Counted from the stretch's first letter, positions 37,630 through 48,175 are shown. The stretch is 64,000 nt of DNA from an uncultured Pelagibacteraceae bacterium (GCA_902573385.1 CACGJS010000002.1:17393-81392); one strand, 5' to 3'. Numbers and translations are program-made. Notes: a model not told the origin generated them from the letters alone.

Positions 37630-39364
37630 TATAAATAATTTTTTTCTTAATTTCCTGAATTACCTTGCTATTTAACATTGTAGATAAATCTCCATGTTTT
37701 TTTGAATAGGGATCTATCAAAATTGATCTTAATAGTCTACGTAAAATTTTTCCACTTCTTGTTTTAGGTAATTCATTTATATAATAAATTTCTTTCGGTA
37801 GTGCAAATGATCCAAAATTTGAAACTATTTTTTTTGATATTTCATTATTAAGTTTATTATTTTTAGATACTATAAACAAATAAATGACATGACCTTCTAA
37901 ATCATTAAGTATTGATATTGCACAACATTCATAAATATCCTTAATTGCTAAAACAACAGACTCAATTTCTTCTGATCCAATTCTGTGTCCCCTAATATTT
38001 ATTACATCATCAGTCCTGCCGTGTATAAAAATATTTTTGTTTTTAATTGTGGCCAAATCAAACATTCTAAAGTTATTAGATTTATCCCAATATTTTTTCC
38101 ATTCCTTATTTCCATTTAAAATACTTTTCATGCACCCTGGCCATGGAGTCAATATTTTCATTTCAGTTTTCTTATCTTTATAAAGTTTATTTATCTTTAA
38201 ATACTTACTTGCAAGCTCTCCAGCAGAGCCGTGTGGAACTTGAGAAGTTTTTTGTTTATAGGTAGGTGAAGCTATTATTGCTCCATTTTCTGTTTGATAA
38301 TAAGCATTAACTATAGGTTTGTTTTTATTTGTAAAGTTTTTTGCAAACCATTCTGCTACTGATGGCGCTATGTGTTCTCCCATTGATCCTAGAGTTATAA
38401 GATACTTTGTTTGAAATTTTTTTTTTTTAAATATTATTTTCATTAATCGTATTAAAGTAACTGGCAAATATAAAATAGTAATCTTTAATTTTAATATTTT
38501 TTTTAAAAAAAAATCATCAATTAATAACATCGGTTTTTCAATTAAAACAGCAGTAGCACCGAACGACAAAGGACCAAATAATGCATAAGTATGACCATTT
38601 AACCATCCAGCATCTGATGCGGTTAATATAATTGAATTTCTATTCATTCCAAATTGATGCTTGCAAGTATATTTTGTATAAACTAAATATCCAGCAGAAG
38701 CATGAGTAATTCCTTTGGGCACACCAGTAGAACCTGAAGTAAAAAGTGTAAACATTTCTTTACTACCGTTAATTATTTTACTTTTTAAATTAATAATTTT
38801 TTTATTATTTGGGTGTTTTAATTCATTAAAAAATAAAAATTTAGGCCTTTTTTTAGTTTTTATTTTTTTAGAAATAGTTTTTTTAAATATTTTTTTATTA
38901 AAGGTTGAAAAAAAAATATCAGGTTTAAATATTGATATTCTTTTTGAAATTGCCTCTGGAGCCAAGTCTTCAAATATCACCGAAAAATGAATTCCAAGTT
39001 TAGTACAGCTTAACATTGAAATAGAAGACTCCAATGATGCAGAAGCATGAATCATTACCCTAGAAGAAGATATTTTTTTATTTCTAAGGTGCGAGGTTAA
39101 TATAATTGAAAATGAATTCACTTTTTCATTTATTTGGTCATATGTATAACTTTTTACTTTTTTATTTTTATCTATACAATGAATAGCAACTTTTTTTCCA
39201 AGACCTATTTCTATATTTTTAGTAATACAATTATCAAAAATATTAGTTTTACCGTCAGGATACCAATCAACATAATTATTATTTTTTTTTTTATAAGCAA
39301 AAGAAGGTTTTTGCTTCCACCACATTAAATCTGATTGTTTCAACCAAAAATTTTCAATTTTCAT
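37616..39364 (-). CDS. Acetyl-CoA synthetase-like adenylating enzyme
   Basis: FTSGSTGVPKG, YYQTE, GRTDDVINIRGHRIG, PKTRSGKILRR. Confidence 0.88.
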   Translation of the reverse strand: MKIENFWLKQSDLMWWKQKPSFAYKKKNNNYVDWYPDGKTNIFDNCITKNIEIGLGKKVAIHCIDKNKKVKSYTYDQINEKVNSFSIILTSHLRNKKISSSRVMIHASASLESSISMLSCTKLGIHFSVIFEDLAPEAISKRISIFKPDIFFSTFNKKIFKKTISKKIKTKKRPKFLFFNELKHPNNKKIINLKSKIINGSKEMFTLFTSGSTGVPKGITHASAGYLVYTKYTCKHQFGMNRNSIILTASDAGWLNGHTYALFGPLSFGATAVLIEKPMLLIDDFFLKKILKLKITILYLPVTLIRLMKIIFKKKKFQTKYLITLGSMGEHIAPSVAEWFAKNFTNKNKPIVNAYYQTENGAIIASPTYKQKTSQVPHGSAGELASKYLKINKLYKDKKTEMKILTPWPGCMKSILNGNKEWKKYWDKSNNFRMFDLATIKNKNIFIHGRTDDVINIRGHRIGSEEIESVVLAIKDIYECCAISILNDLEGHVIYLFIVSKNNKLNNEISKKIVSNFGSFALPKEIYYINELPKTRSGKILRRLLRSILIDPYSKKHGDLSTMLNSKVIQEIKKKIIYNVKN

Positions 39365-39449
39365 ATGATTAATAACAGTTTTATTATTTATTAGTTTATC
39401 TATAATAAATAATATACTTGAATTATTAAATAGTTATATATTATTAAGT

Positions 39450-39599
39450 ATGGATTTATTCATTAAACTTTTGGAAATTTTGAGTGAAAAAAAAAAATAT
39501 TGGTTATACCCAATAATTTTTTTCTTTATACTTTTTGCTATATTAACTTACTTCTTCCAAGGAGCTTCTGTACCACCTTGGATTTATTCAATTTTTTAA
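39450..39599 (+). CDS. DUF5989 (SxtK-like) small membrane protein, 49 aa
   Basis: Manual translation ...KKKYWLYPIIFF...QGASVPPWIYSIF resembles family pattern KKYWLxP...QGSAVAPFIYTLF. Confidence 0.75.
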   Translation: MDLFIKLLEILSEKKKYWLYPIIFFFILFAILTYFFQGASVPPWIYSIF

Positions 39600-39637
39600 A
39601 ATAACCTCTAAGATTTAGTTGTGTTATAAAGTTTATT

Positions 39638-40618
39638 ATGAATAGTTTTTTACTTACAAAATTAAGAAAAATTTTTAAATCACTTGGAAAATATGAGTAT
39701 AAGATTTTAGATAAAATTACTTTATCTGAAAATAAAAACATTACTATTAATGACGAAATAATTTTGGAATATGAAAAAAATTTAAAAAAATCTTCTTTAT
39801 TTCCAAAAAAAATGTCAATTGTTATTTGTTTTCATTATAATAAAAAAAGAATTAAAAATTTAAAAACTATTCTTAGAAATATCAACAACTATAAATTTTC
39901 AAAAAGTGTAACAGTTATAACTAATGATATAAATCAAGATAGCTATAATTTTCTTAAGAAAAAGTTAAATAATAGTTTAAAAAAATTTAATATTATAAAA
40001 ATAAAAAATATTCCTGAACCTAATTTGCTTCCTTGGTATTGTTTAGATTTTATGAAAAAAAGTTATAAAAATAAATCTTTCTCACATTTTTTATATCTAG
40101 AAGACGATATTTTAATAAATGAAAAAAATATTAATTATTGGATTTTTACAAGAAAAATTTTAAAAAAATTTAATTTTATTCCTGCTTTTTTAAGATGTGA
40201 AAATAATGGTAAAAAACTAATCTCTGTAGACAATCCAAAAATTATTAAAATAAAAGATACACCAAGAATATTATCAAAGTCAAAAAAGTTTGGATTTATT
40301 AATTTAAAATATCCTTATCATGCTTCATGTCTTATGGATCGTGATTTAATGAAAGAATGTATAAAAAGTAAATTAATTGGAATCGATTATGGTATAAGTC
40401 ATAAAGTTATGAAAACTTTATACCCAATTAAAGAATTAGCTAATATAATCATTGGATATATAAATGTTCCAAAGGGTTACCATAATAGATTTTTTTTACC
40501 ATTTATAAACTTTAATAAAATCCCGATTTACTCAATTATAAAACATATTGATAATAAATATGTTAAGATAGATAATGAAAGTTTTGGTAAAATAGATATT
40601 AATTTTTTACTAAAATAA
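39638..40618 (+). CDS. Hypothetical protein, possibly glycosyltransferase-like
   Basis: FLYLEDD motif; island context. Confidence 0.5.
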   Translation: MNSFLLTKLRKIFKSLGKYEYKILDKITLSENKNITINDEIILEYEKNLKKSSLFPKKMSIVICFHYNKKRIKNLKTILRNINNYKFSKSVTVITNDINQDSYNFLKKKLNNSLKKFNIIKIKNIPEPNLLPWYCLDFMKKSYKNKSFSHFLYLEDDILINEKNINYWIFTRKILKKFNFIPAFLRCENNGKKLISVDNPKIIKIKDTPRILSKSKKFGFINLKYPYHASCLMDRDLMKECIKSKLIGIDYGISHKVMKTLYPIKELANIIIGYINVPKGYHNRFFLPFINFNKIPIYSIIKHIDNKYVKIDNESFGKIDINFLLK

Positions 40619-40622
40619 TATT

Positions 40623-41924
40623 TTAAATTTCACTTTTTGCTTTTAATTTTTCATACATAAGTCTAGCTTTAACACCTATACTTAAAAATGGCTCGGGTGG
40701 TAACCATGTGGGTTTAGTTCTGCTTTCTATAAGATTAATTTCTGATGAATTTTCGTCGCTTGCTTTAATCGCAATTTGTTCACCAAATAAGGTTCCAACA
40801 CCAATGCCAGATCCATTATAACATCCTGCAACAAAAATATTTTTGTCTATTTTTTCAAATATTTGTGAACCATTCCTTGATCTAGAGACAACACCTGACC
40901 AGCTAGATTCAATTATATCTGATGGTAATTCTGGAAATCTTTTTTTAATACTCATGTATTGATTTATTGACCTTTTTTTAATTTCACTTTCTTTCATTTT
41001 AAAGGGATTAAATACTTCAGCAGTATTCCTTACTAATATTCTTCTATCTTTTGTCATACGCACAGTTGCACCCATAGGTCTGACTGGAAGAACGCCCCAT
41101 TCGTCTGGCTCTCCAATAGATTTAAATTCATTTTCTTTCAAAGGTCTTGTCATGCTTGCTGTTAATGTTAATGGAAAATTATAATTTGATTTTATACCTA
41201 ATGATTTTAAAAATCCATTTGTACAAAATATAATTTTTTTTGTAGTTATATTCGCATTTTTAAAATTACATAAAATGACATCTTGATTTTTATTCCAATT
41301 TAAAAGTGTGGAATTTTCATATAATTTAATATTTTTAGGCAATGAATCAATCATAGCTCTAACTAATTTTCCAGGATGAAGTAAAATACCCCCTTTTGTA
41401 TAAAGGGCTAATTTATAAAAACTAGTACCTAGCTTATCACTTAATTCATTTTCGGAAAATAAATCGTGCCTGAAATTTAATTTAGATAAAATTTTACTAA
41501 AATTTATTAAAATTTTTTTATCTTCAATTTTTGATGAGGCAAAATATTTTCCACTTTCGCTCCAATCACAATCAACTTGATATTCTTTTATAAATTTTTT
41601 TACATAATCTATTCCTAATTTATAAATGTCAGTTTTATTTTTGTAGTTGTCTAATTCTTTATTAGAAGTAAATCCATCATTTAAAGTTGTATCAACTAAA
41701 TATCCAGAATTTCTTCCGCTTGCTCCTTCTCCTGCTAATTGGGCATCAATTAATATTATTTTTTTATTTAAATGAATTTCTGACAATTTTCTAGCTGCTG
41801 AAAGGCCAGTATAGCCAGCTCCTACAATTAAATAATCACACTCTTCATCTTTGGAAACTGAATTGATGTTTGTTCTTAATGGAATGTTATTAATCCATCC
41901 ACAAAGTTTATCGTTTTGAACCAT
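40623..41924 (-). CDS. FAD-dependent oxidoreductase (DAO/PuuB-like)
   Basis: GAGYTG, GASGRNSG, GCYNGSG. Confidence 0.88.
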   Translation of the reverse strand: MVQNDKLCGWINNIPLRTNINSVSKDEECDYLIVGAGYTGLSAARKLSEIHLNKKIILIDAQLAGEGASGRNSGYLVDTTLNDGFTSNKELDNYKNKTDIYKLGIDYVKKFIKEYQVDCDWSESGKYFASSKIEDKKILINFSKILSKLNFRHDLFSENELSDKLGTSFYKLALYTKGGILLHPGKLVRAMIDSLPKNIKLYENSTLLNWNKNQDVILCNFKNANITTKKIIFCTNGFLKSLGIKSNYNFPLTLTASMTRPLKENEFKSIGEPDEWGVLPVRPMGATVRMTKDRRILVRNTAEVFNPFKMKESEIKKRSINQYMSIKKRFPELPSDIIESSWSGVVSRSRNGSQIFEKIDKNIFVAGCYNGSGIGVGTLFGEQIAIKASDENSSEINLIESRTKPTWLPPEPFLSIGVKARLMYEKLKAKSEI

Positions 41925-41986
41925 ACCTTTAATATAATATGTTTTGACAAAACTCTTAAACCATATATTTACTATAAATTACAAGA

Positions 41987-44434
41987 ATGAACTACGTACT
42001 ATTATACTCTTTTTTATTAATTTTTACTTTTTCAATAATTGGATATGGATTTTTAATTTCAAAAATTACTAATAAAGAGCTTCTTAGCTATAATCTTGGG
42101 TATCAAGGTTTATTAGGAATTTTTTTCTTAACTATCATATCATATACTACAATTTTTTTTGTTAAACATGGTTATGTTCATAATTTAATAGTACATTTTA
42201 TAGGATTAAGTGCTTTTTTTTATTTTTTTAAAAAAAAAATATCTTTTTTTGCATTAGGCAGATTAATATTAATTATAAGTATTTTTTTTATTGGAATACT
42301 AATTTTAGTTAATCATGATGACTTTTCTTATTACCATCTAACATATTCTCTTGGGCTGACAGAAGATAAATTAATTTTTGGATTAGGAAACTTCCAGCAT
42401 GGATACAGACATCATTCATCAATATTTTTTTTTAATTCAATAATCTATCTGCCATTTATAAAATTCTATTTATTCCATTCTCTTGGATGGTTTGTTTTAA
42501 TTTTTGCAAATTATTTAATTATTGACTTTTTATTATTTAAAAAAATTAAAGAATTGAAATTTGAATATTTTTTTTACTTATTAACATTAGTATTCATCAA
42601 TATTAAATATAGTCGTATTGGTGGTTATGGAACTGATTTACCGGGACAAATTATTTTATTACTAATAGTTCCATTAATTTACTCTACGCTTAAATTAAAG
42701 ACTGAAAATGCTAGATTTTCTTCAAATCTTTCAATAATTATATTTTTAATTGTATATTCGGCAACTTTAAAATCTTTCTTTATTTTAAATTTAATTTTTT
42801 TAATACCTTTCTTTTTCTTTTTTAATTTTAAAGAAATTTTAAAACATTTGTTTTTATCAAAGACATTTATTATCAGTTTTTTTATAATTTCATTATTATT
42901 ATCAATTAATATTGCATACACAGGATGTGCAATTTATCCTGTAAAACAAACTTGTTTTGAAAATAAGCTTAGTTGGTCATTGTCAAAAAAAGATGTTGAA
43001 CAAATGAACAAATGGTATCATCAATGGTCTAAAGCTGGAGCTGGCATCAATTATAGAGTTAAAGACCCCGAAAATTACATTAAAGGAATTAATTGGGTAG
43101 GTAATTGGTATGATAGATATTTTGAGTACAAGGGAAATGAAACTCTAAGAGCAATGCTTGTATTCTCATTAATATTTTTGTTGTTATTTAGAGGGCCAAA
43201 AAAAGAAATTCCTGATAAAAGAAATAAAAAAATTACCTGGTCATTATTTATACTAACAATTGTATTATCTTTAGAGTGGTTTTTTAACCATCCAGCTTTT
43301 AGGTATGGAGGGTATTATCTATTATGCATAATATGGTTTATTCCTTTGTCAATTTATCTTGGTAGTAAAGAATTTTTATCTATTAACAAAAAGAAAATAA
43401 CTATCTCTATAATTGTATTTTCAATAATAATTTTTAATTTAAGAAACTTAAAAAGAATTGATGATGAATTTTTAAGAGTCACAAATCACAATTTTCCTCT
43501 TTTTTATGTTGAGCATCAAAGTTCTGATGAAATAGACTTGGGAAATAATGTTAAAGTTTATATTCCTAATATTGGTCAGGGATGTTGGGTAACAAAAACA
43601 CCTTGTGTGCATGGTGCTAGTGGTTATTCAGCAAAAAATAATTTTGGTTTTAAAATAATCAATGGTAAAAAAATTAGACCAATTAGCAAAATTGAAGAGT
43701 CTGAAGCAATAAATCCAGCAAAGACTCTATCAACTGACAGTTATGAAGTGGCTAGCTCTATGAGATTTAATCCTGCCAATACATCAGGGCTTAGAAAAAC
43801 TGTTGATTCAACTTCCTCTTTAATTGATAGAAAAAAATTAAGTTTATCTTTTTGGGTTAAAAGATCAACCACAGGAACTCAATGGATATTTACAAATTCA
43901 ACTTCTGACAATATCCAAGATTTTACTTTAAAATTTGAAAATGACGCATTAAGACTTTACGATTATCCAGGCAGTTATAAAATTAACAAAATAACTAATA
44001 GATTATTTTTGGATTCCGAATGGTATTCAATAATTATTATAATAGATACAAAATTAAAAACAGCTAGCGATAGAGTTAAAATTTATGTCAATGGTGTAAG
44101 AGAAACTTCTTTTTCAACAAACATTGATCCAGATCAAAATTACAGTATTTCTGTTTTTTCTAATACTGACAAAGAAACAGTTATTGGTGCAAGAGGTGGA
44201 GTAGATAGCCTTCCTCAACACTTTGATGGTTACTTATCTGAATTTTATACTATTGTAGGAAAAGCAAAAGCTAGTACTGATTTTGGAAAATTTGACGAAT
44301 CCAGTGGAAAATGGAAGCCAATAAAATATGAAGGAAGTTATGATAATAATGGTTTCTTTTTGGATTTTGCTGATAATGAAAACTTAGGAGATGATGAAAG
44401 TGGAAATGAAAATGATTTTTTAGCCTTTAAATAA
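41987..44434 (+). CDS. Multi-pass membrane protein (LIC_10190/GT-C-like) with C-terminal phage-like LamG/ConA domain
   Basis: N-part: DFSYYH, many TM, TGCAIYP, HPAFRYGGY, CWVTKTPC; C-part from ~43709: YEVASSMRFN, SFWVKRS, DRVKIYVNG, FDGYLSE, GFFLDF. Confidence 0.8.
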   Translation: MNYVLLYSFLLIFTFSIIGYGFLISKITNKELLSYNLGYQGLLGIFFLTIISYTTIFFVKHGYVHNLIVHFIGLSAFFYFFKKKISFFALGRLILIISIFFIGILILVNHDDFSYYHLTYSLGLTEDKLIFGLGNFQHGYRHHSSIFFFNSIIYLPFIKFYLFHSLGWFVLIFANYLIIDFLLFKKIKELKFEYFFYLLTLVFINIKYSRIGGYGTDLPGQIILLLIVPLIYSTLKLKTENARFSSNLSIIIFLIVYSATLKSFFILNLIFLIPFFFFFNFKEILKHLFLSKTFIISFFIISLLLSINIAYTGCAIYPVKQTCFENKLSWSLSKKDVEQMNKWYHQWSKAGAGINYRVKDPENYIKGINWVGNWYDRYFEYKGNETLRAMLVFSLIFLLLFRGPKKEIPDKRNKKITWSLFILTIVLSLEWFFNHPAFRYGGYYLLCIIWFIPLSIYLGSKEFLSINKKKITISIIVFSIIIFNLRNLKRIDDEFLRVTNHNFPLFYVEHQSSDEIDLGNNVKVYIPNIGQGCWVTKTPCVHGASGYSAKNNFGFKIINGKKIRPISKIEESEAINPAKTLSTDSYEVASSMRFNPANTSGLRKTVDSTSSLIDRKKLSLSFWVKRSTTGTQWIFTNSTSDNIQDFTLKFENDALRLYDYPGSYKINKITNRLFLDSEWYSIIIIIDTKLKTASDRVKIYVNGVRETSFSTNIDPDQNYSISVFSNTDKETVIGARGGVDSLPQHFDGYLSEFYTIVGKAKASTDFGKFDESSGKWKPIKYEGSYDNNGFFLDFADNENLGDDESGNENDFLAFK

Positions 44435-44439
44435 AAACT

Positions 44440-45189
44440 TTATTTTTTCTCAAAAAAAATAATATCTGATTTTTCTGTATTACCTTTGTATTCGTATATA
44501 TTTTTATTATTTTGAAAGATATTATTTATCGTATCATCTGATATTATCTTCGAAGTAAAAGCCTTTTTATCTCTAACATTATTAGCTAATTCTTCAATTG
44601 AAATGTCATTAACATCCTTTAAATGATTAAAATGATCTAATAACTTGTAATCTTCAACAATATAAAAGCCTGATTTTCCAATAAATTTATAAAAAAAGTT
44701 TAAAGCAAGTAATTGATCACTCAAAATATGTGATCCATCATCAATTATAATATCGAATGTATTTATTTTTTTAAAGAAATTTATTTTATTTAAAAATGTA
44801 GTCATCATTTTATAATTTGAAGAATCCATTCCAAAAACATGAATTCTTTTTGAATAAAATTTAAAATTTCTTATATTAATATCTAAACAATAAATTTGAG
44901 AGTTTAAGAAATATTTTGAGAATGCTGCTGCTGATGCTCCAGAAAAAGAACCTATTTCTAAAATATTAATTTCTTTTTTATCTTTAAACTGATTTAAATT
45001 TTTTTCATAAAATTTTGCAAAACCGTGTCCTTGTTTAGTTTCATTATCTACTAAATTTGCTTTATCAGTGTTATAGAATTTAAATAATTTATCTAATGAA
45101 GAATTATCAATATTATCTTGTAGATCAATGTTTATTTTTTTTTTTAATTTGTAAATAAGATTTCTTTTAAATAGACTAAAGAAATTCAA
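44440..45189 (-). CDS. Class I SAM-dependent methyltransferase, paralogue of 30556-31479
   Basis: NTDK, ILEIGSFSGAS, FDIIIDDGSH, GFYIVED. Confidence 0.8.
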   Translation of the reverse strand: MNFFSLFKRNLIYKLKKKINIDLQDNIDNSSLDKLFKFYNTDKANLVDNETKQGHGFAKFYEKNLNQFKDKKEINILEIGSFSGASAAAFSKYFLNSQIYCLDINIRNFKFYSKRIHVFGMDSSNYKMMTTFLNKINFFKKINTFDIIIDDGSHILSDQLLALNFFYKFIGKSGFYIVEDYKLLDHFNHLKDVNDISIEELANNVRDKKAFTSKIISDDTINNIFQNNKNIYEYKGNTEKSDIIFFEKK

Positions 45190-45190
45190 C

Positions 45191-45808
45191 TTATCTTGAA
45201 TAATATTCGATTACTAAATTTGGTTCCATCACAACTGGATACGGTACTTCTTCAAATTTTGGAGTTCTAACAAATTTAACTTTTTTATTTTTTTCATCTA
45301 ATTGAATATATTCTGGAGTTTCTCTTTCTTTGTTTGCTAATGCTATATCAATTAAAGCTAATTTTTTTGATTTATCTCTAATTTCTATAGTATCTTCTTC
45401 TTTTAATGCATAACTTCCAATATTAACTTTTTTGCCATTAACTTTAACGTGGCCATGATTAATTAATTGTCTTGCTGAAAATATAGTTGTTGATAGTTTA
45501 GCTCTATAGACGACTGCATCTAATCTTCTTTCCAATAATCCAATTAAATTTTCTCCAGTATCTCCTTTTAACATTGTGGCTTTTCTATAAATGTTTCTAA
45601 ATTGTCTCTCATTAATATTTCCATAATAACCTTTAAGTTTTTGCTTAGCTTGAAGCTGAATGCCATAATCTGATAATTTAGAGGTTCTTGTTTGACCATG
45701 TTGACCCGGGCCGTAAGCTCTAGAATTGAAAGGACTTTTTGGTCTTCCCCAAAGATTAACCTTTAATCTTCTATCTACTTTATGTTTAGAATTAAGTCTT
45801 TTTGTCAT
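45191..45808 (-). CDS. rpsD: 30S ribosomal protein S4
   Basis: GPGQHG, LERRLD, VIEYYSR. Confidence 0.98.
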   Translation of the reverse strand: MTKRLNSKHKVDRRLKVNLWGRPKSPFNSRAYGPGQHGQTRTSKLSDYGIQLQAKQKLKGYYGNINERQFRNIYRKATMLKGDTGENLIGLLERRLDAVVYRAKLSTTIFSARQLINHGHVKVNGKKVNIGSYALKEEDTIEIRDKSKKLALIDIALANKERETPEYIQLDEKNKKVKFVRTPKFEEVPYPVVMEPNLVIEYYSR

Positions 45809-45848
45809 TTAATATGAGGGGTTATAAACTTACTCTTCATTTTGTCAA

Positions 45849-46562
45849 TCATCCTTTTTTAGCTAAACTAGCAATTACACTTGATAAAATGCGAGTTTCT
45901 TTTTTAGATAATTCCATTTTATAAAAAATGCTTCTTAAATTTTCAAGCATTATAGGTTTTTTCTCAAATGATTTAAAAAAATTTTTTTCTTCCAATTTTT
46001 GAATACATAAATTTGTTACATCTTGAATATCTTTTTTATTAGCAGATCTAATTTTATTTGATTTAGAATATTTTGAAATTTTTAATCTAAATAGGTTGGC
46101 TACTGATTGTGCTATTATGATAACACTATGTGATAGATTTAAAGATTTGAAATCAGGATTTGTTGGTATTTGTAGAGTGTAATTTGTATAACTAACTTCG
46201 TGATTTGATAAGCCTGAAGCTTCAGAACCAAATAAAAAAGCAACTTTTTTACTATAATCAATTTTATTTAAATCATTTAATCTAATATGTTTTACATTTT
46301 TATTTCTAAATCTTGAGGTAGTAGAAATAACTAAATCGACTTTTTTAACCGCTGACTCTAATGTTTCATATACATTACTATTGCTAATAATATCCCTAGC
46401 TCCAACTGATGTTGCTAAAATTTTATCATTTGGAAAAATAGGCTTAGGATTGACTATAACAAGCTTCTTAAAATTAAAATTTTTTATAGCTCTTGCGCAT
46501 GCACCTATATTCTCTGATAATTGAGGTTTATGCAAAATAAATGAAATATTATTAAATGACAT
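45849..46562 (-). CDS. trmJ: TrmJ/LasT SPOUT RNA methyltransferase
   Basis: ENIGACARAIKNF, FGSEASGL, SLNLSHSV. Confidence 0.88.
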   Translation of the reverse strand: MSFNNISFILHKPQLSENIGACARAIKNFNFKKLVIVNPKPIFPNDKILATSVGARDIISNSNVYETLESAVKKVDLVISTTSRFRNKNVKHIRLNDLNKIDYSKKVAFLFGSEASGLSNHEVSYTNYTLQIPTNPDFKSLNLSHSVIIIAQSVANLFRLKISKYSKSNKIRSANKKDIQDVTNLCIQKLEEKNFFKSFEKKPIMLENLRSIFYKMELSKKETRILSSVIASLAKKG

Positions 46563-48175
46563 TAAAGACTTGCTGGAGCATTATCTTTAAATAGCTTATA
46601 ATCTAAACTATCCACTAATGCTTTAAACGAAGCATCAATAATATTTGTTGATACACCAATAGTGAACCAATTTTTTCCTTTTGAGTCTGTACTTTCAATA
46701 GAGACTCTAGTAACAGCTTCAGTTCCAGTATTCAAAATTCTAACTTTATAATCGACAAGTCTAAGATCTTTTAAATATTTAGAATATTTTGATAATTTAT
46801 CAACATTTTGTCTTATAGCATTGTCTAAAGCATTTACAGGACCATTCCCTTCTCCTTGGCAAATAATTTTTTCACCATCAACTTCTAGCTGAGCTTTTGC
46901 TGATGAAATTATTTTACCTGAAGAGTTTTTCTTCACTGACACATCATATTCAGTTATTAAAATATATCTTGGAATTTCACCAATTATTCTTCTTGCTAAA
47001 AGCTCAAATGAAGCATCTGCTCCATCATAACTGTAGCCAATAAATTCTCTATCTTTTACTTCATTTAAAAGTTTTTTAATTTTTGGATCTTTTTCATCAA
47101 TATTTATATTTATTGTTTTTAATCTTGAAATAATATTTGATTTACCTGATTGATCTGAAATTACTATGTTTCTATTATTTCCAACTTCTTTTGGATTAAT
47201 ATGTTCGTAAGTTTTTGGATCTTTTTGTACAGCCGAAACATGCAAACCGCCTTTATGAGAAAAAGCTGCAGCCCCAACATACGGTAAATGCATATTTGGT
47301 TTTCGATTCAATACTTCGTCTAAAAGTCTAGAACACTCTGTTAAGTTTTTAATATTGCTTGATTTAATTCCTGTTTCAAATTTTGCTGAAAAATCATTTT
47401 TTAAAAAAAATGTAGGAATTAAAGACATTAAGTTTGCATTCCCACATCTTTCACCAAGTCCATTAATTGTGCCTTGTACTTGACGAACACCAGATAAAAC
47501 TGCAGCAAGAGAGTTTGCAACTGCATTACCAGTATCATTATGTGCATGAATACCTAAGTTTTTTCCTGGAATAACTTTTGAAACTTCAGCAACTATCTTA
47601 GAAACTTCATGGGGTAAAGTTCCTCCATTAGTATCACATAATACTATCCACCTAGCTCCTTCGTCATAAGCAGCTTTAACACATTCAATTGCATACTTCT
47701 GATTAGCTTTATATCCATCAAAAAAATGCTCAGCATCAAACATAAATTCTTTTTTTGCTTTAACAAAGTGTTTAGTGCTTTCACTAATATTTTCTAGATT
47801 CTCTCTATTCGAAATACCCAATGCAACATCAACATGAAAATCCCAGGATTTACCAACCAAACAAACTGCTGGTGTATTTGAATTTAATAAAGCTGATAAA
47901 CCAATATCATTATCTGCACTATGACCTGTTTTTTTTGTCATTCCAAAGCTAGTAAGTTTGGCATTTTTCAAGTTATGTTTTTTTTGAAAAAATTCTGTAT
48001 CAGTTGGATTAGCTCCAGGCCATCCTCCTTCAATATAATCTACACCTAAATTATCAAGAGCAGATGCAATTTTTTCTTTATCCTCGATAGAAAAATCAAC
48101 TCCTTGTGTTTGAGCTCCATCTCTTAATGTTGTATCAAATATATAAAGTCTTTCTTTGTTCATTTTAATTTCCAA
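46562..48175 (-). CDS. cimA: Citramalate synthase
   Basis: DTTLRDGAQ, FDAEHFFDG, HAHND, AFSHKGGLH. Confidence 0.9.
   Translation of the reverse strand: MEIKMNKERLYIFDTTLRDGAQTQGVDFSIEDKEKIASALDNLGVDYIEGGWPGANPTDTEFFQKKHNLKNAKLTSFGMTKKTGHSADNDIGLSALLNSNTPAVCLVGKSWDFHVDVALGISNRENLENISESTKHFVKAKKEFMFDAEHFFDGYKANQKYAIECVKAAYDEGARWIVLCDTNGGTLPHEVSKIVAEVSKVIPGKNLGIHAHNDTGNAVANSLAAVLSGVRQVQGTINGLGERCGNANLMSLIPTFFLKNDFSAKFETGIKSSNIKNLTECSRLLDEVLNRKPNMHLPYVGAAAFSHKGGLHVSAVQKDPKTYEHINPKEVGNNRNIVISDQSGKSNIISRLKTININIDEKDPKIKKLLNEVKDREFIGYSYDGADASFELLARRIIGEIPRYILITEYDVSVKKNSSGKIISSAKAQLEVDGEKIICQGEGNGPVNALDNAIRQNVDKLSKYSKYLKDLRLVDYKVRILNTGTEAVTRVSIESTDSKGKNWFTIGVSTNIIDASFKALVDSLDYKLFKDNAPASL

Noticed and set aside
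30556-45189. Poly-A/T tracts as phase-variation switches
   Set aside because: Runs are ubiquitous at this AT content and all island ORFs appear in frame.
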